Source: Mobula hypostoma (lineage: Eukaryota). From it: 64,000 bases of DNA. This document shows, piece after piece, positions 1 through 11,244 of this stretch. The notes below the pieces were generated by a model, which saw only the letters and a list, made by a program, of their open reading frames with translations, was not told the origin of the DNA and ran no database searches. Both the position numbers and the translations under genes were made by a program. Numbering within the stretch: position 1 is the first letter of the stretch; each line of letters begins with the position of its first letter. The stretch lies in assembly GCF_963921235.1 (NCBI RefSeq), contig NC_086097.1, forward strand, positions 71,054,001 through 71,118,000, written 5' to 3'.

Positions 1-68
1 ATGAATCATTGAGCTCTTTTCACATATATAAACTTTGGTTCTGATGGAATCCACTTTAACTCGGACCA

Positions 69-331
69 AAGCAGTAGCATTGTAGTTAGCTCAATGCTAT
101 TACATTTCGGGTTGTCGGTGTTTGGAGTTCAGTTTTGATATTATCTGTAAGGAGTCTGAACATCCTTCCCATGAATGGGTAGGTTTTCTCTGGGTGCTCT
201 GGTTTCCTCCCACAGTCCAAAGACGTACCGGTTGTTAGGTTAATTGGTCATTGGAAATTGTCCTGTGATTTGGCTAGGGTTGAATGGGGTTGCTGGAGAC
301 GTGGCTTAAAGGGCTGGAATCTCTAAATAAA
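69..331 (+). mobile_element. tRNA-derived SINE (V-SINE/HE1-like), decayed copy
   Basis: Degenerate A/B-box head, central domain GGTTTTCTCTGGGTGCTCTGGTTTCCTCCCACAGTCCAAAGAC and A-rich end. Collinear with the adjacent copy at 343-638. Confidence 0.75.
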
Positions 332-342
332 ATATGCCTGTA

Positions 343-638
343 GGGGGCAGCACAGTAGCATAGTGATTAGCACAACGTTTTACAGTACCAGCGACACAGG
401 TTCGATTCCCATCGCTTTCTCTAAGGAGTTTGTATGTTCTCCCTGTGGCCGTGTGGGTTTCCTCCAGGCGCTCCGGTTCCTTCCCACAGTCCAAAGATGT
501 AACAGTTGGTAGGTTAATAGGTCGTTGTTAATTGTCCCATGATTAGGCTAGGGTTAAGTCAGGGTTTCTGGGCGATGTGGCTCAAAGGGCTGGAAGTTCT
601 GATTCTGCACTGTATCTGAATCAATCAATAAATAAATA
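343..638 (+). mobile_element. tRNA-derived SINE (V-SINE/HE1-like)
   Basis: A box TAGCATAGTGATTAGC, B box GGTTCGATTCCC, V-domain-like core GTGTGGGTTTCCTCCAGGCGCTCCGGTTCCTTCCCACAGTCCAAAGA, CR1-like 3' end, then (TCAA)/(TAAA) repeats. Confidence 0.85.
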
Positions 639-785
639 GATGTTGCTGTGCTTCTCACATTGATGGTCAACTGGTTTGACGTAAGCAAAATAAATTGTTA
701 AAGGATCCTGCCAGTAAATGTCTCTGTCCATATTTTAAACCCATTCATTTACAGAGCGAGAGGGAGAGGGAAAAGGTCTTTGTCT

Positions 786-1445
786 TATGTACTTAACAGT
801 AAAAATTATTACATACCATTAATATAATGTGAGCATTATAAGGTCTGATTAAAAGCTTACAGTACACTGTATTTGTATTTTACCTTTTTTAGGTTTTATG
901 TTAGGTATAAAAACAATCAGCATTGTAGACTTGTCCTGGTGTTAAAGATTTTCATCTGCGGCAATTTTTGCAAAGTCAGCACTGAAGTTCTCTGCTGCTT
1001 CATGATCAGTAGACACTTTATCTTTAAACTTCTTAAAATCTTTAGAAATTTAATGCTGTGCCTTTTCTTAAATTTCTGCAATGAGACTGCTGAATATTCA
1101 CTATTCAATTTTCAATTTCAATAGATCTCTGCTTGTTTCATGATCAATATAACGTTAAGCAGGATATGTTCACTTTAACACTGATGACTCCACTCTTTCA
1201 ACATACAATAAAGATGTTAATCTTTTGCTTTATGCAGTGTTTTTTTCTATTTTTCACTAACTTCTGTTTATTATATATGTGAGGTCACTTCTCAGACCTG
1301 TCTGTGGTGTGCAGAGACAAGCACATCACCTGGGATTCTTCCCAGCATCTTGTGCAGTTTTCCATTTGTGATGTCATGTCATAAAAATTACAGATTTTGG
1401 AGATTTTTGGATTTTGGATTTTCGGATAAGGGGTATTTAACTTAA
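786..1445 (-). mobile_element. pogo/Tigger (Tigger4/JRKL-like) DNA transposon relic in the last PRKD1 intron
   Basis: Minus strand gives frameshifted EYSAVSLQKFKKRHSIKFLKI..DKVSTDHEAAENFSADFAKIAADENL..PGQVYNAD (CENP-B HTH to start of DDE). One TIR-like end, TTTTGGATTTTGGATTTTCGGATAAGGGGTATTTAAC, at ~1403-1441. Left boundary uncertain. Confidence 0.75.
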
Positions 1446-1674
1446 CCATTTCAATTGTTTAAGTGCACGTACTAACGTTAAGTTGTACCTTTTCTCCTAA
1501 CCATTGTGGAATGATTCCTAAAAGTGATAGTTAATGGAAGTTAAAGGATTTCAGGATGTATATTGTATACATTTCCCTAACATTAAATGTACTTATTGAA
1601 TCCTATTGAAGTTATTGCCCATTCCACAAAGAGTGTGTGTATAAAATGGTTTGCTAGAATTTGAATATGCAATC

Positions 1675-1694
1675 TATTCACTCTCATTTTGAAG
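1675..1694 (+). promoter_or_regulatory. PRKD1: 3' splice acceptor of PRKD1 terminal exon (phase 0)
   Basis: Pyrimidine tract TTCACTCTCATTTTG then AAG|GAT. AG at 1693-1694 directly precedes the codon for D of DYQTW, where PRKD1 similarity starts. Confidence 0.85.
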
Positions 1695-1913
1695 GATTAC
1701 CAAACGTGGCTGAATTTACGAGAGCTTGAGTGCAAATTTGGTGAACGTTATATCACTCACGAGAGTGACGATGCCCGTTGGGAAGAGTTTGCTGGACAGC
1801 ATGGCCTGGAGTATCCAATGCATCTAGTCAACCATAAATCTGACTACTGTGAGAGTACTGTGGAGGAAGAGGCAGAAATGAAAGCTCTAAATGAGCGGGT
1901 CAGTATTCTCTGA
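1695..1913 (+). CDS. PRKD1: Serine/threonine-protein kinase D1, final coding exon (C-terminal 72 aa)
   Basis: [44 protein letters not shown]...[15 protein letters not shown] matches the PKD1 C-terminus as I recall it ([29 protein letters not shown]...ETEMKALGERVSIL). The VSIL ending fits PKD1 rather than PKD2 or PKD3. Upstream exons are not in the window. Confidence 0.95.
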   Translation, partial: DYQTWLNLRELECKFGERYITHESDDARWEEFAGQHGLEYPMHLVNHKSDYCESTVEEEAEMKALNERVSIL

Positions 1914-2755
1914 AAGAACCTATGGTTTTAAGAATATTCATGAGCACAGAGCGGAAACAGAAAAGAATCTATCAAGTAACTGCAACTTCTATCCTCACCA
2001 CATAAAAATGGAAGGAGAGTGTGATGCTTAGTCTCCACCAATAAAGGGAAGCTTAAAAATCAATTGCCATTCTAATCCTAAAGCTAGCACTCTAATTAAT
2101 TGTTGTAGCTCGACACTTCCAGAATTGACAAGTTCACTGACTGCATTTCAAGCAGCAATGTGTATATATTATTGTGTGAGTGCAACTATGTTCTTGTACA
2201 TCCTGTCTAATGCAAGCATTAAATATATAATTTGCAAGTTATTAGCTTGTATGTTTCACATTCCGTAAGATTCCGGTGTGCCTTTGCTGGTAAGATTTTC
2301 CATGTATCTATAATGCACCCCTAGTTGGGTGAGAACTTTTGTAAATTTTGCTTTATATTTTTAACCTCTTTCAGTATTTAGCTGTATGGCGGCATATCTT
2401 GGAAGAGTATAACATTATAGCTGTTCTGTGAACAATTTTTGGTCTGTTATAAAGAACAAAGTGATTTTTAAAAATATATATTAACTTTTTGGAATAACCA
2501 TTCCAAAAAAAAGTATAACTTAATCTACATCAAACTGCAACAAGGGAACAAAGCTCAAGATGTGCAGTAACAGAACACTTATGTACAAATGTAAGTTTCT
2601 CTTGTAAGCTTTAATGCCTTAGTTATGGCATTTATTACAGGATTGATCAGGTTGAGTTCACCTTTATGTCATAGCATTTTAACTAAAAATTGCTTGATAC
2701 CATGTTGCTTCTGTCTAAAAAGTTTGAATAAAATTGAAGTTGATGTCAAAATATG
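1914..2755 (+). other. PRKD1: Probable PRKD1 3' UTR
   Basis: AT-rich, TE-free stretch from the stop codon to the first AATAAA (2727-2732); a second AATAAA lies at 2789-2794. TE sequence begins at ~2860. The end point is inferred. Confidence 0.65.
2727..2732 (+). terminator. Candidate polyadenylation signal
   Basis: First canonical AATAAA I find downstream of the PRKD1 stop; alternative at 2789-2794. Confidence 0.55.
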
Positions 2756-2861
2756 CCTCTCAGGAAACTTCATTTCGACATGGCTTAGAATAAATTTAGT
2801 TACAACTTTAAGAATGAAAACAGTTTTGAAGTTTGTGATACAATGAGTATTTTTTCAGGCT

Positions 2862-4148
2862 TTCTCTGTAGGTAACTACAGAGGCATGAAAGAGGAGCTG
2901 GCTAAAGTTAATGGAAGGGGACAGTGGAGGGTTGACGGTAAAGCAGCAATAGCTGGAGTTTCTGCAAGTGATTTGGAAAATGCAGGATTGATTCATCCCA
3001 AAAAGAAGAAACACTCTAAAAGGAGGATGAGGAAACAATGGCTGACAAACGAAGTCAAAGGGAGCGTACAACATAGCAAAAATTAGTAGGAAGCTAGAGG
3101 ATTGGAAAGCTTTTGAAAACCAATAGAAGGCAACTAAAATACGCAATAAGAATGGAAAATATGAAATATGAAGGTAAGACAGCCAGAAATATAAGAGAGG
3201 ATACCAGAACTGTTTCAGATATATAAAGAGTGAAAAGGAAGCAAGAATGGATATTGGACCATTGGGGGCAGGTATTAATGGGGAACAAAGAAATGTGAAT
3301 GAATTCAGGAAGTATTTTGCATCAGTCTTCACTATAGAAGACACCAGCAACATGCCAGAAATCTGAGAGTCAGGCAGCAGTGAGTGTAGTTGCTATTACT
3401 ACAAAGAAGGGAGCTGAAAGATCTTAAGTCACCCGGACCAGATGGACTGCCCCGCCCCACATCCCAGAGTTCTGAAAGTTCACTTGCAGTTTGAGTTGGT
3501 GGTAAGGAAGAAAAATACAATGTTAGCATTCATTTTGAAAGGACTGGAATATGAGAGCAAGGATGTAATACTGAGGCTTTATAAGGTATTGGTCAGACTA
3601 CAACTGGAGTATTGTGAACAGTTTTGGGCCTCTTTAGAAAGATGTGCAGGCATCAGAGAGAGTCTAGAGGAGGTTCAGGAGAATGATTCCAGGAATGAAA
3701 GAGTTAACATATGAGGAGCGTTTGATGGCTCTGATCCCATACTCACTGGAGTTTAGCAGAATGGGTGGGGATAGGATCTCATTGAAACCTATCAAATATT
3801 GAAAGGCATGGATAGAATAAACATGGCGAGGCTGCTTCTAGTGGGGGAGAGTCTAGAACCAGAGGACATAGTCTCCAATAGAAGGCTGTCTCTTTAGAAC
3901 AGAGATGAGGGGGAAATCCTTTCGCCAAATCTGTGGGATTAATTGCTACACAAGGCTGTGGAGGCCATGTCATTGGATATATTGAAGTGGAGGTTAATAG
4001 GTTCTTGATTAGTAAGAGCGTCAAAGGTTATGGGGAGAAGGCAGAAACATAGGTTTAAAAGGAAAATAATTCAGCTGTGATCAAGTGGTGGAGACGACTC
4101 AATGTGCCAAATAGCCTAATGCTGCTGCTATGTCTTATGGTTTTATGA
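2862..4148 (+). mobile_element. CR1 LINE fragment, RT core internally deleted
   Basis: GNYRGMKEELAKV..., YFASVFT and SPGPDG motifs, then a jump at ~3478 to VRKKNTMLAFILKGLEYESKDVILRLYKVLVRLQLEYCEQFW, followed by the CR1 3' UTR ending TATGTCTTATGGTTTTATG. Confidence 0.9.
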
Positions 4149-4164
4149 TCTTTTCATCTTTCTT

Positions 4165-4261
4165 ACTATTTATTTATTTTTACTGTAACTTTTGGCTTGC
4201 ACTATACTGAAAACAACAGATTTCATGACATATATCAGTGATAATAAACCTGATTCTGATG
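4165..4261 (+). mobile_element. Rex1/Babar-type LINE 3' tail fragment
   Basis: ATTTCATGACATATATCAGTGATAATAAACCTGATTCTGAT, the same tail as the longer copies ending near 18330 and 27953. Confidence 0.65.
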
Positions 4262-6138
4262 TTGTATTGTCCAGATAATCAATATGTCCTCCTCTGAACC
4301 CACTATCCTCAATGCCCCTGTCCTTGATGAATACAGACCAGAACCATTTATTTAGGAGTTGCTCATGTGCCCCATCTTCACACAGAGCTTACCCCTTAGG
4401 TCCCTAAGGGGACCCAGGCTTTCCCAAGCTACACTTTTGCTCTTAATTTACATGGAATAGCAGGATTCTCCTTAATCTCACCTGCCAAGAATAATTCTTG
4501 ACTACTTGTTAGCCTCCTGATATCCTTCAGTATTCTACTTCACACTCTATATTCTTCAAGGTATTTGTTTCATTGTACTTGCCCCTACCCATCAAGTACT
4601 CTCTTTTCTCCCCCCTCCAACCCCCATCAAACATTCAATAACCTTGGTCATCCAGGTACCCTAATCTCACCCTTCAGGAACATGCTGATCCTGGACTCTC
4701 ACTAATTCCCTTAAAATTTCAAAAGGTTTCAGACTCCTCTGAATTCTTGACTCACTAATACTGTATAAACACAATTTTTTTCTGGGAAATTCAGAATGTT
4801 AATAGTATGTCTTTTTTTGATAAAGAGCTGAACTGATACATGCATGTCAATTTCTGATTGTTAATAAAGTAATTCCATTTCTCAGTGAACATGTTATATG
4901 CAGAGCTGTAAACCTATCTTGTTTGTCTTTCTTTAAATAAAATTCAATTACTGAACATTCATGGTTACAATATAATGCTTGGCCAGAACATTTACTCTGT
5001 GATATCAACTGAATTTCTCAATGAATAGCATTCAGATATGTGGCATGTAAGGAATTAATCTGTATGATTTATCAACTTTGTGGAATATTCCCACCTTGCT
5101 ACAAAAATATTCCTGGAGTAATAGATTGCATAAATTCCTCAACCTTTATGAAAGATTTATGAAATACTGAAATAATAAATATAGTCATATTCTTTTTATT
5201 GTGGGGTATGTTACTCAAGTTTATAAACTATGTTTTCTTATGCAATTAGCAAGATCTGATTGCTACTAAAGACAGATGCAGCATAACACATAAACATCCT
5301 TGCAAACCTAATGTGTTCGGTGCATCTTGAAGCTAGCATTGATAGAACTAATTGGTCTGACCCATTTTTCTATCCAGTTAAGAGTTGCACTGACATCTTA
5401 GCGTCCAGTTAATTAAATTTCAAAACAAAATGTTCTGATATTTTAGGTTTTATTTGAATTGATGACTATGCAACAACCTTTTGCAAAACACCTAAAGATT
5501 ATAACAATTACAGGACATTTTATTTTCTGTTTTGTGGCTATTATTGGCTACATGGGCTGAAATGCAAGCAGTGGCATTTTCAACAACTTGACACACATTA
5601 AAAAGTAAAGAAAGAACCTAGAGATGCAAGGAAGACGTTCCCTGACAACAGGCCTAGATGGATTCTCCCTCACAGAATAATTCACTTTATTTAAACTTAA
5701 CGCTCCACGTTGTCTGACAAGTACTTTGTGTTTGAATTTGGTACTTTCCACAGCCAAAAGCAGAATTAAACACTTTCCAATCCAATGAGTCTGATGTGTT
5801 TATCCAAATGTTGACAGTCTATCAGTATGCTTACTGTTTACAGCCAATACTCAACAAGAGAGTGGAATTGTTATTCCTGGTATTTTTGAAAGCTAAAACT
5901 GGCTTTGGAACTCCAAATGGTATAGGCAATTTTTAAATATTCTTGCACAAATATATTTCTCTTAAATTTTCAAAATGGGTATGTTTTGCACAGTAAGAAG
6001 GAAACCTCATCGATGAGATTTAAAATGGTCAGGTTAATTACTGGCTGATTTAATTTACCTGTTCCCATGATATATGATACGGTGTAGCTTTCTACATTTG
6101 TTTCAGATTGAAAAATCAGTGGAAGATTCATGACAGTT

Positions 6139-6385
6139 GAGTAACACACACAAAATGATGAAGGAACTCAGCAGGTGAGGCAGCATTTATGGAAGGGAAT
6201 AAAGATACAACTTTTCAGGCTGAGACCCTTTCCAGCATGAAATGTCAACTCTTTATTGATGAAGATCTCAGCCTAAAACATTAACTCTTTATTCCTTTCC
6301 ATAGAAGCTGCCTGACTTGCTGAGCTCCTCCAGCATTTTGTGTGTGTTACTCTGGATTCCAGCTCCTGCAGAATCTCCTGTGTTT
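6139..6385. repeat. Miniature palindromic element made of two inverted Penelope 3' ends
   Basis: Left arm GAGTAACACACACAAAATGATGAAGGAACTCAGCAGG.. is the reverse complement of right arm ..CTTGCTGAGCTCCTCCAGCATTTTGTGTGTGTTACTC (ends 6352). The arms resemble the Penelope tails at 26650-26735 and 15960-16055. Confidence 0.8.
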
Positions 6386-7379
6386 ATGACAAGTGAGGAG
6401 TTTTTTTTTTTGCTAATGTCGGCATCTTTACAGAAATCAGTCGGTCTCAAGCCACGATCCACGAGTAGGAACTTTCGTCGCTCAGCTCCCAATTTGCAGA
6501 GGGCATACAAAGCTGGTTAAAGTTTTCTGTAAGGGGAAGAAGGGGAGTGGGAGGATAGCACGCGGCAGGAGGATAAATTTCTCTAGTGTGTTTAAGTTTT
6601 CCTGTTGGAATATCAGAAAGGAGTAAATGTGTGAGACCTCATGCTGAATAAAGGCATCCTCACTAAAAGCTGCCATACAAATGCAGAGCACGACAAGGCG
6701 TACACTGCGAGTGGTTGTCAGAGTGACCATGCAAACAACCTTTTATCTATCATTACTTGAAATGAAATAGAGGTAAGTCCAAGCTGCAGTGTCTGGAAAG
6801 GGCAAAGGAGGAGGAGCATTCTTATGACAAACATGGCTGATTAGTCAGAAGGAATATAGAAATGCAACTGAAAGGGTGTTGGGATGCAAGACAGGAGGAG
6901 ATGCAAAGATACTGATATCCTAAGAGATTTTGGCCTCACCTATACTGTATCATGGAATAGTGGACAACATTACAATAACACATCACCCAGTTATAAACAG
7001 CATCCTCCAGTATGAAGTTGTATGTGAATGAGGGTGGAGCATATGAATTATATAAATAAGTGAACAGTATATTTGGTTGTCGAATGATGGGAGGATGTTG
7101 AATTATGTAGTAACTAATTTTGCAGAAGCTATTAGAAATATATGGCATTTAAAGATGCAGACATCTTGTCTACTCACTCAATTCTGAATTCCCTGCACTA
7201 CTACATGTATGCTCTGGTCATTCTGTTAACATCCATGTCAAGAAGTGGGCATGTTGCCATTTTCAAACTAAGTTCATTACAAACAAGACAGTTAGAATTT
7301 GTTTTTAATCTGAACATGGGAGTAAGTGTAGTGATAGTGCCCAGAATCTTAAATTCCTGCTTCTCTTACCCAAGGTCCA

Positions 7380-8990
7380 TTAACAGGACTGTTCTGTTAG
7401 ATCCATTGTTTTGACTTGCTCTTGCCCTACTGAACTTCTCATACCTCGACTTGATCTGGTCTCTATCCTCACTTTACGCATCTACATCCAGGACTCTTTG
7501 CATGCCCCCCACTATTTTGACAACTTCCAATGTTCTGCCACCACAACCTCATCTTCACTAAGGATATCAAGCCTTTATACATTTCCATTCCCCATAAGGA
7601 AGGTCTTAAAGTGCTCCACTTCCTCGTACAGCAAATATCCGACCAGTTTCCCTCCCTTAACAATCACATCCACCATGCAAAAGCCATTCTTACCCTGAAC
7701 AGGTTTCGATTCTTCTCCCTCCTACAAATCAAATGTATAGCCATGGACACTCATTTGAGCCCCAGATACACCCAACTATGTAGTAAAGCCTCTGCTCCAA
7801 ACTTCCTTTCACACCAGTCCACAACTCTTTCTCCATTACATCAACAACTGCATCGGTGCAGAATATTACTTTGACCGATTTTCACCATGTTCTCAACTCA
7901 CTTGAATCATTTGGGACATCTCAAACTCAAGTTCATTGACATTCAAACATGTATACAGCTAAACGAACCATTGTTCCTCTGGGCAAAGTGCAAAACAAAG
8001 TACATATAGTCACACACAGTGCGTACACTTGGTTTTCACTTTATTAGGTACACCTGGTCCTTATTGGAAATCTGTAATCAGCCAATCATGTAGCAGCAAC
8101 TCAATGCATAAAAGCATGAAGGGGTTCAGTTGCTGTTCAGACCAAACATCAGAATGGGGAAGAAATGTGATCAAAGTGACTTTGACCATGGAGTGATTGT
8201 TGGTGCCAGACGGAGTGGTTTGTGTTTCTGGGGAACTGCTGAACTCCTGGGATCTTCACACACTACAGTCTCTAGAGTTCATAGAGAATGGAGCAAACAC
8301 AAAAACCATCCAGTGAGCAGCTGTTTTGTTGGTGAAATAACTTGTTAATGGAGAGAGGTCAGAGGAGGAAGGCCAGACTGGTTCCAGCTGACAAGGAGGT
8401 GACAGTAACTCCAAAAACCACATGTTACAACAGAGGTGTGCAGAAGTGCACCTCTGAATGCACAACATGTTGAACCTGTCCTCTCCAATCTATCTCCAAT
8501 TCTGCTACATTTGTTCCCTTTATCATATTCTCTTCTAATCCTGTCCTCCCATCAGCCATTTTTGTCTCCTTCCAGTGGCAGGATCCATCCACTACTCCCC
8601 ATGCACTTCACCCACAATATCCCCTTCCCCATTTGCACATCTCCTCCGTTGAATGTTCCCATTATCAATCAGAACCCAGCAGATGTGGTCTTTGTGTCCC
8701 CACTCATCACCTCCAGCTCCCATTTCTACCTCCACTCAGGCCTGTCCCCCCTTCCAGGGTCGCTCTGTCCTCAGTTAACCCCATTGCCAGCTTCCAACTG
8801 ACAGCACCAGCCTCTGCCCATCATCCTTTACATTTCCTCAGTCCACCACCTACGGGCGGGTGCCAATCTCAACCCATTTACGTCAGCCATTCTCCATTCC
8901 CAGTCCTGATATAGGATCCGACCTGAAAAACTCTGACCATTCTTTGTCTCCCATAAATGCTGCTCCAAATTTACTTCAGCATTTTGCTTT
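7380..8990 (+). mobile_element. Old Penelope-like element (RT remnant plus 3' region), interrupted by a Tc1 relic
   Basis: ORF 7530-7874 contains KDIKPLYISIPHKEGLKVLHFL..LTLNRFRF..LQIKCIAMDTHLSP (PLE RT motifs D..LYT.IP and Q..G.AMG...P). Pyrimidine-rich 3' region and decayed ribozyme/tail at ~8900-8990. Confidence 0.7.
8026..8477 (+). mobile_element. Tc1/mariner transposon 5' fragment
   Basis: TA followed by TIR-like CACTTGGTTTTCACTTTATTAGGTACACC; translation MGKKCDQSDFDHGVIVGARRSGLCFWGTAELLGSSHTTVSRVHREW (Tc1 paired-like HTH). Confidence 0.85.
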
Positions 8991-9890
8991 TTGCTGGTTA
9001 TTATGACTGGATTCAGGACTGTGCAATTAAGCACTGACGTTCTTTTTGTTTACAAAGGAAACGTTATATGCATTATATGCTATGGAGAAAAAAATATTCT
9101 CTTTTAGCTGTAGGTACCTTGGGATTGCATTATGAGCTGAGGGGGTGTGAACAAATTTAGAGAGGAATGGGGACTGTAGTAAATGAATGAGGGGCAGTTA
9201 GGTATGGTCCTTGCCCCGTGGAATTTGTAAAGTGCCAGGGAGATCATCGTTATTGACTTTCACTCTGGGTGATGCCAGAATTCAGCAGCAGACTGTGTGG
9301 AAGTGGGAGCCTGGGTGATGAAAAGGTTTCTTTTTCTTTTCCTTGATCTGCTTTAACCCTCACGTCAACTAAACCTCAGAGTGGATCGACAAGTATTTAG
9401 TGGTTCTTAAATTATATGAAATTACAGCAATTTTCCAAATAAACTGTATTTATAACATGTTTGTGGTGTGGAAACCATGGAAATATGGGACTAGATCATC
9501 ACAGCAGTGTACTGTAAATCAAAATGCTGTTGGATTTTAAAGAATAGCACTGCATTTACAGTTACTGCGCAGCAAAAAGTAATAACCATAGTGTTTACTC
9601 TCCTACTGTATCAATCAATAGGTTTAAAATTTGTCCTAAATGTTTGGTTTTCACAGCATCTCACAGAGATATAAATCAATAATAGCTCTAAATTCACATC
9701 AGCTCTATCTTCATCTTAGGAGCAGAATCAATTCTAATGTTGCGTTGCAGCAAGCCGAGTGAATGATAACGGCGCTAGTGTGATATGCAGAAAATATTAA
9801 AATATCTACAAAAGCAAGAGATGACTTGCTATGTTTAACTGTGACATTAACAAGTTTTTCCTACATCTTGGCCCAAAAATGTCATACCAG

Positions 9891-10703
9891 TGTAATACCC
9901 TGGTTAAGATTTTTACTGCTATGCTGTAGGTATTTCATTTGAGCAGTCTGTTCTGATTTTAGCATGTTTGGGTTTCAGCTATAGATAGGGACTATGTTGT
10001 TCAAATTAGAAATGTTGTGTCAGCCAATCAGGATGGAGGAATTGGGAGAACGTTCTAGAGGATGCTGGGCACAAAGGTTTTTGTGACGGACACTGGTGTG
10101 GGTCAAGCTCTTTTTGGCGGGAGCTTGGAGAAGACAGGAGGGAAGGTGGCTGAGGATGCTGTTCCTGTTGCACAAGGTGCTTTATGCAGATGATTATCTT
10201 CAAGGAGGAAGGACCAATGCTCCCATGGGGGAGCTTGTGTGTTCAAGGTAGATTTTGGGCAACATTCAGAAGGAGGTGTGTGCTTTCACACAGACCATTG
10301 GTCCAGCATGTGAGTTAAAGACAACTTCAAGATGAGCTCCAACTTACGTGCACATTTGCTCTGGCTTAACTGTAATGGGCCCTTTTTATTTATTTCCTTT
10401 TCTTTTTCCTACTAACTGTTTGATAATGCTGACATTTGTAAATATACTTTCTTTATAATGATATGCAGTGTACGAGCTATTATTTCTTCTTCAATGGTTA
10501 GATGCATGGGGGCAGTATTTACACAGATCGGGGTTCGGGTGGTCGAGACATTCCAACTTCCTGGTTTTGGTTGGACCCAAGTCATACCGACCCCAGATGT
10601 ACAGAGTTTTGGAAAGGTGACTTTCTGACTGCCGAGTCCAGTGGCTGTTAGCGAGGGGCTAACAAGTCACATCTCTAGAGACGCCCGGTAAAAAGAGGTT
10701 TCG
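9891..10703. mobile_element. Probable solo LTR (~810 bp)
   Basis: Starts TGTAATACCC and ends GAGGTTTCG (decayed ..CA end). Flanked by 4-bp direct repeat CCAG (9887-9890, 10704-10707). No coding capacity; composition differs from the flanks. Confidence 0.5.
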
Positions 10704-10819
10704 CCAGTGCCACCCTGTGAGGACCCCGCAGTACAAAGCCAGATAGGGGTCCACAGTATTGTGCTCCAGTGTTGAAGTGACAGGTCCATGACCACCACCC
10801 CTTAGCCTCAGTATTATAA

Positions 10820-11005
10820 GAATCAGGCAGGACCAGCACTACCATACTGCAATGCTATATGATCCATAATCCATCATCACCGTACCTGTGTTACACAGAC
10901 TTGTGCCCAGCTCCACTGTACCCCAATATAACACAAGCTTCACCCAGCACAACTGTACCCCAGTGTTAGTGACAGAACCATGCTGACCAGTTCTGTACCC
11001 CTGTA
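10820..11005 (+). repeat. Degenerate minisatellite (core CCAG..CTGTACCCCAGTGTTA)
   Basis: CTGTACCCC motif recurs at ~10916, ~10953 and ~10993. A related inverted remnant lies at ~54190-54230. Confidence 0.45.
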
Positions 11006-11244
11006 CTTAAAACTGGATATGGTGTCGTATTTGGACTAGGGCTCAGAATATCATTCTGAATCCAGTGCAATCCCTGGACATCTTTTCCCCAGATCCCCAG
11101 TCCTAGTTTCAGTCTTCTGGGCAAGACAGAGCATGGTATGGGCTCCAAGATGGAAAAGAAAGCCCTGCCAGTCTGTACCTGCAGCCCCCACAGCAGTTCT
11201 GCCGACTCCCTCGTGCTTCCACCTGATTAAGTAAGGTTTAAGTG

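Noticed and set aside
343..415. tRNA gene
   Set aside because: A and B boxes are present but I cannot fold a complete cloverleaf, and it continues directly into a SINE core; it is a SINE head.
1689..1694. ORF-track start (TTG, 'MK') of the 74-aa ORF as an independent small gene
   Set aside because: These bases are the intron end (TTGAAG|). The ORF is the spliced last exon of PRKD1.
5548..5757. 69-aa minus-strand ORF in unique sequence
   Set aside because: Non-ATG start, no recognisable domain and no convincing splice context.
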